A stretch of 64,000 nt of DNA, from contig CM068752.1 of the NCBI GenBank assembly GCA_035084275.1, positions 7,688,001 to 7,752,000 on the forward strand, in the 5' to 3' direction. Within the stretch, counting starts at the first letter, position 1. Each line of letters opens with the position of its first letter. Below, one piece after another: positions 1-13,400 of this stretch. The notes under the pieces are model-generated. The model was not told where the DNA came from, did no database searches, and was given only the letters and a program-made list of their open reading frames with translations. Source of the DNA: Hydrolagus colliei (taxonomy: Eukaryota). The position numbers and the translations under genes were made by a program.

Positions 1-252
1 AAGGAGAGCCACATCCGAGAGAGAGAGAGGGAGTCTGGCTCACACTCACCATCCAGCAGGGCATTCTATATTATAATCTGATCTAAATCTAGGCTGTAAA
101 GGTCTCTGAGATGAAAGTGTACTCTATTGCACACCTAGTTCTGTGTATTCCTGTAAATACACTTTAAATGAATACATTTCAGGAGTTGCGGTGAGACCCG
201 AGGTTTCTGTTGATGGAATGTGTGCAGCGAGCTGTGAGTGGTTTGTTCTTAC

Positions 253-312
253 CAATGTTGGCGTGTTTCAGGAGACGACAGATTCGAGCCTCTCTCTCCA
301 GTTTCTGGTGGT
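253..312 (-). CDS. CAMK2A: CaMKII alpha, exon 3 (60 nt): DHQKLEREARICRLLKHANI(V); later exons lie beyond the left edge
   Basis: Kinase alphaC-helix sequence. Acceptor tgtgttgcag|A, donor TTG|gtaaga; 60 nt. Intron 2 is 313-25034 (about 24.7 kb). Confidence 0.96.
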
Positions 313-529
313 CTGCAACACAAAGACATCAATCACCATCTTGTTTCTTGTCATTCTTTCCACTACAAGACTTGCTATCATATCTGAGGAGCACAGAGTC
401 TGTCAGAATCATGTCTTAGTGTTTCATCTAAAGCTATTTACAGATGTGAACATTCTGGCAACCAACAGAAATAATACACATACTTACAGATCTTGAAGGA
501 TTTCTCCAAGATGAACTTTAGATAGACTT

Positions 530-810
530 AAAACTACTCATCATAAAATCTTACAGCTCAGTTTCCACCACCCTTTCAGGCCATGCATTATAGACCGTAA
601 CCGCTTTCTGGGTAAAAAAAAAGTCTCCTCATCTCCCCTCTGGTTCTTTTACTAATTATCTTAAATCAGTCTTACCGTTTCCTCTGGTTACCAACCCACA
701 CACTCGCCAGAGGAAACAGTTACTCAATATCTACTCGATCAAATACCCTCATAATTTTTAACATCTCAATGAAATCCCCCTTCAACCTTCTCTGCCCCAA
801 GGAGAACATA
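530..810 (-). mobile_element. CR1 LINE ORF2 3' fragment
   Basis: Degraded translation FSLGQRRLKGDFIEMLKIMR...FFTQKAVTVYNAWPERVVE, typical of the CR1 RT C-terminus. Confidence 0.8.
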
Positions 811-3800
811 AATTAATTTGGTTCAGAACTGTTTTAAGTGTTTCCCAGGCACTACCCTGCGTGATGGGCATTAGATAAATGCAAGTTGTTGTTTCCATCC
901 TTCCTCGCTAAGGAGATAATTCTAATCCCTTGTTGGTAGTGCAGTTACTCAAACTCTGGGATTTTTATTTTTAACATAAATTGGGATGGGACAGTTTGTA
1001 GATAACTGCACCTTCACTAATGGCCACCAGGGAAGTCTTGATACAGGGAGGAAGAGCACACGTGAAACCATGGGATTGACAAGGACATTAACAGTGCTCA
1101 CTTTAGCCATGTCCAATCACCTCTTCACACACAAATGTATTACACAAATAACCTTTAGCTTTCTAAGCAGAGAGCTGTTCCACCCAATCTCTTTCACACT
1201 TATCTAGCCACTCAAAGCCTCTTCAGACCCAACTTTTCTGATAGAATATTTATTGTGCTGACTGAAGGAGGCTCACCCATGTGACTAGTGGGTGATAGGA
1301 AGCCTTGCTGAGAGCTGTGTACTGTAACACACAATGGGTTAGACAATGTGAAGTGTGTAAACCATGTGTGCCCAGACACAGTAATTAACAACCAAAGAAA
1401 GGTATTGGCTGTTAATAATCTAATGAACAACATCTATTATTCCCAATACATAAATGAATCATTGGGTAATTTCTTCCACCCAGTGATTTACAATAAAGCA
1501 TTGGAAGAAAGGTATCTGTACTCACTGGACAGGGTTCAGATCCCTAAACCTGTAAGAAGGCAACACAGTTAATGGCTTCACGGAGTAATTAAAATCTAAA
1601 TTTGATTGACCCTGAAAGATGGTCAATATTTTTGTGGACATTAAATTGAATCTATATGCTGCAGCTTCACCAGCAAACTGGGGAACTTGCTTGGTGGTCG
1701 ATTGGCATTATCCCTAAAAAAAACAAATTGATCACTCGATCCACGACTGTTTGTGGGACACTGCTGTGCAAAATTGGCTGCACAAGTTTCGCCAACAAAG
1801 TATAGTCAATTCACTTTACAATATATATTCTTAGAAGCTCTTTGAGACATCTCAATGACATGATATGGTGCTATATCAAAAGCAAGGATTATTATTAATA
1901 TTAGATATTATTATAAAACTATCCTGCCATTGCCAGTTGATCTTACAAAAGTAAAGTGGGCCACCTTAAATGTATGTATCCATATCCCTTGCCTTACATC
2001 CCACGGCTATAACTTAGTTGAGCCGGATTGAAAAGTTTGCGGTGCAGCAGGTGATTTGCTTTCTGCAGAAAAAACCTATCCTCAGGCACCAAATGTATAA
2101 ATTCAATCTCCTTGAGCAAGGATGAGAAACTGACTCCACTGTTTTGTAAATTGATTTCTTTAAGCAGCCCTGCTTTGATTCGCTGGACTTATTTCAATCT
2201 ACCCAAAACACTGATTCCCACTGTGTCTTTGACTTGAAGTACATTTGGAATAAGGAAGGGCTTTGGAAGCAAATAGTGTGAATGGGTCAGGAAACAGCCA
2301 GTTGTTTCCTACAGAGAAGGAACGGTAAAGGGAAACAGGAGACAAAGAGAATGACTGTGGTCACAAGGAAAGGAGTACAGATTGGGATTATCAAATGGGC
2401 CTAAAGGTTTCACGCATTACTGGGTGAGTGCCCAAATGTCAAAAGTAATATTTGTTGGGCAAGACTTCAAACCATGATATCAGCTGTTTTTCAATTGGAT
2501 GCTAAAGATCCTGTAATGCTATTGACAAAGAGAAGGGTCGTGGACAACTATCTGCCTCAGGGCTGTTTGTGGGACCTTGCTGGCATAACCCTTTGTCTCT
2601 TTTACCCACAAAAACAGTTACCTCACTTAACAGGAATTAGCTGTGAAAAACTAATAATAATCCTTGCATTTGATACAGAACCTTGTCACGTCATTGAGAC
2701 ATCTCAAAGCGCATCACTGAATATACTGTAAAGTGGAGTGACTGTGTGTTCTGTGGGCAAAACGTGTTTTGAGATGTGATAAAGCTGTGTAACATGCAAG
2801 TCCTTTCTTTAATGTTCTTAAGTGTAGCGTTTATGTCTCAGCCTCGCACACGTAAAGGCTACCAGCCCAGCAGATAAGCATCAATCCTAAAAGGTTTCGA
2901 ATGTAATGTATGCAGGGTCTGGTGCCTGGCTGCTCATTGGGCGTGCGGTTAGGGCCCACAGTGAGGGGGCGGTTGACAGCTCCCTGCTGTCATAGATGCT
3001 TCTCGCCCACGGCCCTCTGCAACAAGCCTGACTGACAAGGTGGGAGAAGCTGCACAATTTCCAATACCTTAAACACAATTATTAAAGCACAGAGCACACA
3101 AGTGTTACCATTCTACAGTTTCCTCTGCAACATCGGGGAGGGGAACTCCTCACTGAAATCTCCATCGTGAAGGGAATGAATATTTATTCCTATTGATTTC
3201 ATAAAAACTCAGTAACAAAACACTTTGTGCACGAAACACAGTGGGCAATTGCGCACAGCAGTAAGGGCAATTGCGCACTGTCGTGATTTTTGTTCGAGGG
3301 ATTATTACCTCTCGCAATGCAATCCACCAATTGACTAAGAAGCTGCTACTGCTGGATAAAGAGAGCCGAATAGAGTAAGGAAAGTTGCCTAGGATTTTGC
3401 CCTAACCTGCCTGGGAATCTAACTTGGATCCTCTTGCTTGCAATGCGCTGAGATTCCCAGCCAAAATCTCATATCGACAGATGCTGTCTTTCCTTCAGTC
3501 AAATTTGATGTTGGAGGACTCAGTGTACTGCCTCCATTTGATGAACAAGTAATGTTTGGTGACAGATTATTTCATGTGGAATAATCAGCCGCCCACGCTT
3601 CTGGGAATAGGAATCCTCGGAGGCGACAGCACGTGATCTGGCAAGAAGTCTAATCCAGGCAGACAGCAAATGGCTTTCTGTTACTGTGAGGATTGGGATC
3701 CAACATTCAAACATGTCTAGGGATAGGATCAGAAGCTTCTCTAAATGGCTGAACAGGTTTATCCTGAGCCAGAATTCCAGAACCCCAACATACAATAACA

Positions 3801-4854
3801 AACAACAAAATGACATTTAGAGAGAGCCTTTCATGTCGGGAGGACATCCCAAGGTGTCGGGAGGATGTCCCAAGGCCCTAACAACAACCAATTCTCTCCA
3901 GCTCTTCCTGATGTACAGAATATTCTGGAATACAAAGATCGGCACTGATTCGTGGCCATGAATGGTCCGTTTCTGTGCTGTACAGTCTATGTGAATATAA
4001 CTACCTGTACCTCTCCTCCGAATTTATCAAATAACATTGACTGTTCTCTCCTCCTAATGCTGAGTGTGAGATCCTTGTCACACAAACGTTTTGAGACACC
4101 TCGAAGACGTAACAAGGCACTATTATTAATCAAGGGACTACTATGCCTATTATTATTAGCTGCCTCATTTGCCTACATAACTATAGTGGTTGTCATTTAA
4201 AGTAACATTGGGAGACAGGAGCCAGTGTTAACTGTCTGATGGCAGAATTAGGCCAGTCAGAGTGTGTGTCACTGACCACTTGACCAGCGAGACCCTGGCT
4301 CCACAAGGAGAGTGTTTCCGAGAGTCCCTGGCAGAGTCACTGTGACCCAGAGCTGGTGATTGTTGCAGTTTTGTACCAATATCCTAAATGTCATTTATCT
4401 GGGTCTCACTGCATTCAATTCCAAAGTGAATCTACACTGTCCTCTTCAACGCGGTCACTTGCAGACTAATTCTCACTGGTGGAGAGAGATCGCACTAACA
4501 AAGCATCAGCTTCTAATTACAGTGTTAGGTCAGGGAGACATGAACTTGCCAATGGCTGCCATGAGCGGCAGAACACTGCGTTACTGCTTTAATTAAACAT
4601 TATCTTGGGCAAAGGTCATATCTCCATGAAGGATAGTATTAACTGGAGCCCAGCATGCTGGGTGAGATGGCTAATGACCAAGCTGGGCATTTGTCTCATA
4701 ATTGTGGAGCCCACATTGCCAAGGCTCACAGCACAGGCTAACCCAAGATGAGACAGAGTAGAGATGAAATAGGGGATAAACAAAGAAAGAATGGTTAGGC
4801 CATGTAGAGCTTGCGGTTTATCAGGCTGTACTGTATAGTGTGGGAGGAAGGGAA

Positions 4855-5205
4855 GACTTAGAGACTTCCATGGTTACAGCATAGAACAAGTCCATTCAGC
4901 CCATTGTTTCTCTGCCTGTTTCCAGTCCCGCTCCCCTGCTCTTTTACTCCAACTAGCCCCTCTGCTCTTACCCCAACTAGCCCCCACTCACTCCCACCGC
5001 TCATACCCCAACTAGTCCCATTCACTTCCACCTCTCTTACCCCCATGGCCCTGCACATTTTTCCTTTTCAAATCACTACCCAATTCACTTTTGAAAACTT
5101 CTGTCAAATCTGCGCCCACCGTTCTTTCAGGCAGTACATTCCAGACTGTAACAACTCTCTGGGTACAAACATTTTTCCACATCTCCCTCTGGTTCTTGGG
5201 AAAGA
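4855..5205 (-). mobile_element. CR1 LINE 3' end
   Basis: NQREMWKNVCTQRVVTVWNVLPERTV (CR1 FTQRVV..WN.LP motif) followed by the CR1 3'UTR gggctgaatggac..ttctatg. Confidence 0.8.
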
Positions 5206-5867
5206 ATGAGTTAGCAGAGGACACTTGATCTCAACATAGTAACTCTACAGAGAAGAATTGGAATTGGAATCTCTCATCTCTCGTGCCTCCCTACCTCCAT
5301 TTCCCGATGGGGAGATGGAGGTTGGGAGGCACGAGAGACGAGAGATTCATCAGAGAGATAAGCAGAATCATGAAGGTAAAACAGAAGGAGATGGGAAATG
5401 TTGGGGAAGAGGATAATAATAATAATCCTTGCATTTGATAAAGCGCTTTTCAGGTCTTCAAGACGTCTCAAAGCACTTCACAGAATATACTGTAAAGTGA
5501 ATTTTCACTGTTTACTTGTGGGAGAAGTAATGGCTGGAGTGAAAAGACAGTGTCCTCTCATTTACCCTACATTCACTTGATTCGCTAATTTCTTTGAATT
5601 CACCTACAATCTTATGAACTAAATGCTCCCTTTGCCCCAGTTACAGTGGCCACAAACAGTAGAGCAGCTTACCCAAATATATTAGCTCTTCATCATATAA
5701 TTAATGTTTAATGTGCAGCAGAAACACAACACATTGTGAAGACGATGGAGAGCCATTGAAATTTCACTGATGGTGCTGCCTGTAATCTGTTCATGATTTC
5801 ATTACTATCAGGTCAGCTCAGCACAGCCCAGTCTATCCAATCATTTTGGGCCTCAAAGGAGTTGTAT

Positions 5868-5990
5868 GAACATAGGAACAGGAGTAGGCCATTCAGCCCT
5901 TAAGCCTATTCCACCATTCTATTGGATCACGGCTGATCTGTACCTCAACTTCAATTACCCGCCTTTACCCCATATCCCTTAATATATGTG
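5868..5990 (-). mobile_element. Shark-type CR1 3' UTR fragment; similar pieces at about 18085-18180, 20290-20350, 31320-31385, 32535-32720, 48885-48990, 62565-62660 and 63195-63255
   Basis: cataggaacaggagtaggccattcagccc is the reverse complement of the CR1 terminal motif. Confidence 0.7.
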
Positions 5991-6278
5991 CTGACCTGAG
6001 AAACATCTACCCACCACAGTCCTGAGAATACAAATAGCCTGTGAGTGATTGACATTGTGTGTGTGTGTGAACACTAACAGTGAATATGTGAACATCTCAA
6101 CTCGCTCAGAAAATAGTGATATTATCATAGTCAATGTTCTTGATCAGTTAAAAACACTTTCCTTTCTTTCTCTGAGAAGGCAGTTAAATATCAGTAACTG
6201 AATGTAAAATTCTTCAGAAAAAGCAAGTTGGGCATAAAACGGACACGGTTCAGTTCATTGATATAACAGCTCATTCTA

Positions 6279-6442
6279 CAGTAAACTCCTGATAACTCGT
6301 CATACCAATGGGAAAGGGCTTGATGATGAGTTATCAGGAGTGGTGAGTTAGGCGTATGCTTAAAAGTGTAAATAAACTTAGCCAGGATGACTGATGTGTT
6401 AGTGATGAGCTAAGCCAAAGTTAAGTTATTAGGAATTTACTG
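6279..6442. mobile_element. Tc1/mariner (Tigger/pogo-like) MITE, 164 bp
   Basis: TIRs CAGTAAACTCCTGATAACTC vs reverse complement CAGTAAATTCCTAATAACTT (17/20), flanked by TA on both sides. Confidence 0.7.
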
Positions 6443-8970
6443 TATTGTTTTCAGGTCGTATCAGGTGAACCTTGTTTGAGTTACTTTATATAACGTAGCT
6501 GAGGCTACAGCTACAATCTACAGCTTTAGCGGATTTTACCCTTTCCTCATAAAATAATAAAACTCAGCTTTTGAATTCTCTAAGTAAGTGAGTCAAGGAA
6601 ATGTTCAGTCAAAGGCAAATTATGACAGCGTGAAAATTACGGTACTAAAAAAAATTAGGGGCACACAGTGCATCTCATGCTATCTGGTTGCTAGGTAACG
6701 TCCTGCCTCGATTAATCTGTGCGGAAAAATGTTGAGAATAATAAGGAGTGTGGGGGTAGGTGGCTCACTGGGAGGTAAGCGCGATCAACTCAGAGCTGAA
6801 CTGACTCCAAGGTGACATATCTGGCAATGGAATGTCGGGATGGAGCCAGCCCCTCTCTGTGGGGCACTCGGAGGTACTGGTGAACAGTAACAAAAACAAC
6901 AAAAGACCTTTACACAGCGTCTTTCACGTCGGGATGACATCCCAAGCCATCGGACGGTCAGGGATTCGAAACGTATTTGTTCTGCATTAGTCGTATAATA
7001 TCCGACTTGTACAGAGCCTTACACAAATGACACGACTTATTCAAGATTGGCATAACGCATACTTTGACCAAGTCATATTATATGTCACTGATACCATTCA
7101 TGTGAGGTTTGAAAAGAGAGGCTATTGAAAAGCGACGGGAGTTTGCGCTGGTGACTTGACCAACAATCCTATGGATTAATCATCGTTCATTCTCTCATTC
7201 ACTCACTGCTCTGAGCAATCGGGTTGGCAGAACCTACAAAAACAGTGACTATGCTGTGATGGCGAAGCAATTTGAGGAGCAGCAAGGTTTTCTAAGTGCT
7301 TTATTTTTATGTAATGTTCTCCTCCATCTATTATTGCTATTGTTTTCATTGTTTATTAAGATGGAACAAGTAAGGTCGATGATGTTGTTGTGAAGGAGCT
7401 GAAAGGCAGAGATAGACTGGTGATTATTGGCAGAGACAATGTCTTCCTGTGCTGTGATCTCTGCCTCTCCCCTCCTCCCCCAGTTACTCCTGTTTACTCC
7501 CACTCCTCAGTTCCCCACTGTGTTTCGTGTCAACCACAGATGAGCTGATATTTCCAGGATAGGGCCATGCGTGTGTGTGTGAGTGTGTGAATGCGCATGT
7601 GTGCATATGTGAGTATGCATGGGTGTGTGTGTGTGTGTGTATTTTATTGGTGAAATACAGCAGCCAATTGCACACAGCAGTGTCCCACAAGCAGTCGTGG
7701 ATTGAGTGATCAAAATTATTAATAGATGTATTAGATATATATATATAAATGACATTTACACAGCTGGACGTCCCAACAAAGATGTGGGACATTCAAAGAT
7801 TTGGACCTGAGCTGGTGGTTGGGATCAGGAATAGATGGAGGGCAAGGAGGGATGAGGGTAGGTGGGTGAGTGAAGTATTTTGTGGTAAATTGAACACATT
7901 AAAAGTGCCACCATGGAGCTTTCTTGTGATCATGTGGACCAAGGGATTGGGAGCAATAATTACTGTCAATGTCATGTTGACAAAATACCAGAATGAGTGC
8001 GACAGAATGAGAGAAGGGAGAGAGGGACAGAGGGAGGCAGAGAGGGGGAGAGTGAGGGAGGAGGAGGAGGGAGAAGGAGAACGCAAAATCAAGGTAAAGC
8101 TGGAAGCAAGAAAAAAAACTGTCGAACTTCTTAATTGCAAGCTTTTGAACGTTCTCTTTGTTCCCCTGATCCATTGCTGATTATTTTTAGCTTTCAGGAG
8201 TTTGAGCTGCCATGTTAACAGAAAGTAAAATGCCTGTTAACATTGGGCTGGTAAATTATTCCAAACACAAGCTCTCTCCGCCCACCATGGCTATTACAGC
8301 GGAGTTTCAGTCAGTGCTAATGGAGCAATTGTACCAAGCTGAAGCCTGCGACGCTACACCAATCAGAGGAAGGCAATGACAGAAAGAGTCTCAATTTCCA
8401 GCACTGTTTCAACCCTTTAGCTTCACCAATGTATCACTTACGGCCAGTCTCCATTTCAATGGCTGCAGCACATTACTATACTGAAGAGTACTTCAGCACA
8501 GGGGAATTATCAAGAGAGCAACTTTAGCAGATGCCTTTGCCATTCCCAATGCCAATACCCAGCTATTATCTTCCTTTCATTGTTAACTCAAAGCTGATTC
8601 TTTCCCAGTGCAAAGAGATCAACTCAACACACCAACTTATATCTCTCTCTCGCCCCCACTCCCTTTGCCTTGAATCCCTGAGTTAAAGGCAACACTTCTA
8701 GTTCATCAACCTTTGATGTATCAAATCCCATACAAAATATGCAAGGAGATCGGTCACTGGAGCCAGACAGCCCCCTCCTCAGAAAAGGGGAAGTGTAATC
8801 TGCTCTGTAATGGATTCCAGGGAAAATATTCCATGATTTCTGGAGGTCTAGAAATCCTCTGTCTCTGATGGATTTTCTAGTTTCTCTGTTGGTTGAGGTT
8901 TAACTCAACTGAATATCTTTTGTTTGTGTTTCAGTATGTCCTCTCGGCCTGGCACCTTGATAAATGAAAT

Positions 8971-9240
8971 TTTGTTTTGGGGAGTCAACTGGGTCTGCGT
9001 GTCTGACACATGTGGAAACCTATCCCTGTTGCTTAACCCAGCTGAAAATTCCATGCCTCCCACCTACACATGGGCATTCCCGAGAGAAATTGTTGGAACT
9101 AAATGCTCTCTCTCTCTCCCTGGAGGGACACGTCCCGCTGACCTCATTCAGGAGAGTATTAGGTGCAGGTTGGCAAGAGCCAAGGCTTGGGGGGGGCCCA
9201 GAGTGTGCGTTGGGGTATCTCCTGAAGTCTAACCAGCTAA
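8971..9240 (+). repeat. Unclassified dispersed repeat, family A (other copies at 20731-20988 and 31781-32062, both minus strand)
   Basis: Collinear shared blocks: gtctgacaca, ccacctacacatgg, gagagattgttggaa, ccaaggcttgggg, gtctaaccagct. Confidence 0.75.
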
Positions 9241-10109
9241 AACTTCATAGTTTGCCATTGATATTACTATACAGAAACCTATGCCTCAAGTGACACCTGT
9301 ACCTTGTCATCCCTTGGGCTCTCAATGTCAAGGGCCTGTCCTTAGAGCAGCCAAGAAAGAGCACACACAGGGACAAGAAGGGTGCTGTGGCTGCGGGCAC
9401 CACAGTTCATATCCCCAACCATAGTACACCACACACACACAGTACTGCAAACAGAAGGAGAATAGCCAGCTGTACTCGCTAACTGCAATCTGTCTCAGCC
9501 TCAGCGATATTGCTGCATCCTTACTGCACGACATGCGTGTGACAGCAATGGAACACAATTGCTCCCGGGCTGTCAGTTCAGCTTGTTCTTTCATCATTCA
9601 TTTCTGATTTGATAAATACAAGAGCGAAGGCTTACAATATGGTGGCCTTGAGTAAAAAGGGTAAAAAGATTTTAGGTTGCAAGTCTCTCTGCTTGTCTCC
9701 GTCACTGGGTGACAGTTATACTGGTACAGTTTGACACCACATTGCTGGCGACGGGTGAGATTCCTTATTTATTAAATCTGCCCAGGCTCCCATCAGCCAT
9801 GTCCAAAGCTTTTCCCATCAAGTCAGTAAATCCAGGAGCTGATAAGCACAATTGATGGTGTTTTGATTTGCTTCACAATCCTTGTGCTGACAACAACAAA
9901 ACAACAACAAAACAACAACAAAACTACATTTATAGAGCAGGAGGACGTCCCAAGGCGCTTACATCACATGCACACACACAAACACATACACACACACACA
10001 TACCTTCATCACCCTAATCCCATACCTGTCTGGATTTCTGAACTCCACATTAAAAATATTGCACGCTTCATGTTTTGAAAACTAGACTAGATGAGAAGTT
10101 CAGCTCTTA

Positions 10110-10470
10110 ATAATAATCATCCTTGCATCTGCTACAGAGCCTTAACATGTTTTTGAGACATCTCAAAGCACTTCACAGAATGTATTATAAAGTGGAGTGA
10201 CTGCATTTTGTGGGTGAAACACGGCAGCCAATAGCACACAACAGTGTACTACAATCAGTCATGGATTGAGTGACTAAATTGTTATGACATTTTCAAGGAT
10301 TATAATCCCTAGAAAGCGATACGCCAATTAAACAACAACCGGGTCCCTACTTACTGCTAGGTAAACAGAGACATGTGTGTGTGGAGTAACCTGCCTAATG
10401 TTTGCCTCGCCCCCGGGAATTGAACCCAGCTTGTGAGGTGAGTGCTCTAACCACAATACCGCAGGACTCC
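10110..10470 (-). mobile_element. Near full-length DeuSINE-like SINE
   Basis: Same head, core and tail architecture. Confidence 0.8.
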
Positions 10471-13400
10471 CAACTTCTTTCCACATCAGGGTTTTTACAA
10501 GCCAGTGCTGCCCGACCAGAGAAATCTCTTTACATAATTACGCTGTGATCGGAAGGTGGTTGGATATGATGAGCCGGAGCTTGGAGATGGTGTGTGGGTG
10601 GCACTCAACTGCGGAGTCCAGATAAACAAATCCTTAATAGCATGAAATCCCCGTCTTGGTCCTGAGGAGACTGTGTAACCACATGGGTTCAGGAGTCACG
10701 GCTGCAGCTGCTGTCTAACAGGATGATTACGTGGTGTTGAATGTAATTTGAACCAAGAACATTTTTATTGAGATCAATGGTGCTGAGAGAGATGCTGGTG
10801 AATGGGATTAGCTGAGTAATAAGACCACGGCTGCTATTATACTGTGTGTGTGTGTGTGACATACATTGTGGTAATGGGCTCAGACCTGCTAACATACACA
10901 CACGCGCACACTCTCACTCAATATCATGTCAGTCATTCCGGCCTTGCACCATTCTTAGAAAGAGAAAACCCAATAGAAAACTTCCTGGAATTGTTCAATA
11001 CGACAGTTTCTCTCATAAAATACACCGTCCATTCGCTTTACGATATATTGAAAGGCTTTGAGACATGTCATTGACGTGATAAGGTGCAGTATCAAATGCA
11101 AGGATAATTATTATTATTATGCTAATTATAACGTGTTGATTTTACTGACTGGTAGCAATTCTTGTTTCGTGCACATTGTAAATAATGCAACCAAGGTTTT
11201 TTCCTGACTCTATCATCATGACCAGGTAGGGGTTTAATGTTTGATAATGAAGGATGACACTGCCAGCGTTTTAGTGCTCCCCCTGCAATATGCTGGAGTT
11301 AGTAACACACAGTTCTATCAGCAAAACTGATTTGTGGAAGGGGTGATATGTCTTTGCGAGCAGCTTTTGCATTGATTGTTAGTCATTTCCTACAATATTT
11401 ATTAGATCCATTTAGTCAACTGATAAATACAGGGACATTCTTATGTCACCATGGCAACACAAGCAGCCTTAAACAGACAGGGCAGTGAAGCAAAAATGGG
11501 AAAGGAGACAATACTCTACAACACAATAGCATTTACATTTATATAGCGCCTTCAGTGGGAGGGCGAGTGGGGGGTAAATCTCACAGTGTTGAACACTGCT
11601 GGCTGCGTAAGGAACATTGGATCTGAACTGAGGACATTTTCTTAATGTAGATAGTTTTGATTGAAATTGATAAGACGAGGATACAAAGCATAGGAGGAAA
11701 GGAGAGAACATTTCAGAGGAGTAGTCAGCATTATAATATTGGTACCATAGAGAGAGAAGAGGTTGCAATGGAAAGACAGAGAGAGAGTGAGGGTGTGAGG
11801 GGGGGGGGGGGGGGGGGTGGGTGGAGGGGAGCAGACGGGGGGGGGGTGGAGGGTGGGTGAGAGAGAAGGATAACCTATTAGACCTTTTTTTGTCAATAAC
11901 ATTGTCCCACATGATAAGATCATGTAGTGGTGAGCGCCGTGGGACTGAGCAGAAAGCCTCTGAGGACCATTCTGTCAGTGATGTTTAGTGAGAGGCTAAC
12001 ATCGGGTCACATTGCTCTGTTATTTATCTACATGCAAATGATTCTCTCCAAGATGAGGTTGATTAGCGTAATTTGTTAACCTAATTATTTGCATTTGTGG
12101 CCTCGAGACACTGAACCCACCAACACCAATTAGATACTGGTTCTCTCTTGTCAAACCAACAATCCACCTACAAAATACAGTCACTTCAGTTAACAGTATA
12201 TTCTATGAAGTGGCTTGAGACTCAACTTTGTGCCTTATACCAACTGCAAGGATTTTGATTATTCTAATAACCACCTGACAAAAATAGCTAAGAAGTGTAT
12301 TTCTTTTATTTGTGAAAATTTCTTCACATAAAACAAACCCCATTTTGTTCATGAGTAAGAGGCCCTGGATGGATCAAGCCTTTAAAAAGTGCTGCCATTT
12401 CCCTGCATTTGATATAGCACCTTGTCACGTCTTCAAGATGTCACAAAGCGCTTCACAGAACACACTCGTGACTGTATGTTGTGGGAAAAACACGACCACC
12501 AATTGCGCACAGCAGTGTCCCACAAACAGTCGTAGATTGAGTGACCAATTTCTTTTAAAAAAGTGATTATTGCCCCCAGGAAAAGCGATCCAGTAATTAA
12601 CTCGTTCGGTCCAGAGGGAACTGCTCTCTGCTCTGCTCCTCCTCTGAGAGCCAAGAGCTTTTCAATATTCACAGTTCCCATCAGGCATCTTAATTTGAAC
12701 TAATGCAGTTAAAAGCTTTCCTCCCCCAATTCTGTCCACAAAATACAGTCAATTCACAGTCTGTGCTTTTAATTCCTGGGCAGGTGGTGGGGTGTGGGGA
12801 ATACTGAGAGTCAGTTACAGTCAGAGAGTGAAGTGCTTTGAGACGTCTCAATGACCTGAGAGTTTGCTATATCAAATATAGGCATTATTATATATTATGC
12901 ACCATAATAATTTGGTCATTTCAATTCATGACTGTTTGTGGGATGCTGCTGTGTAATTGTTGCCGTGTTTTGCTCACAAATACACAGTCAATTCACTTTA
13001 CAGTACATTCTGTGAAGCGCTTTGAGACGTCGATAAGCGCTATATAAAATGCAAGTATTATTATTATTATTATTGCTACTGGGCGTGAGGAGTAAGAAAA
13101 CTTGCCCAACATTTTTCCTGCCTGGGAATTGAATCCAGATTGTCTCGCTTGCGAGGAGAGTGTTCAGCAGAAAGTCTGACACGGTTCTGAACAGAAATGT
13201 CTCCCATTAATAACACCACTGTCCTCATGTCAGCAGTGAATTGGATTGGCAGCGCTGACTTCCCTTCAAATTAAATTTGTGTTGTGTTCTTTACAGAGGA
13301 AACCGCTGTCTGTCATGAGATCTACAGAGAATAACAACAAGCCCACCCTCCCAGTGTGGCAGTGGGCATATAGCAGCCCCCACACCACCACCACACATAG

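Noticed and set aside
9303-9444. 142-nt exon-like segment in CAMK2A intron 2 with a good acceptor
   Set aside because: Frameshifting with an early stop, includes (TG)n, and has a mediocre donor; typical pseudo-exon.
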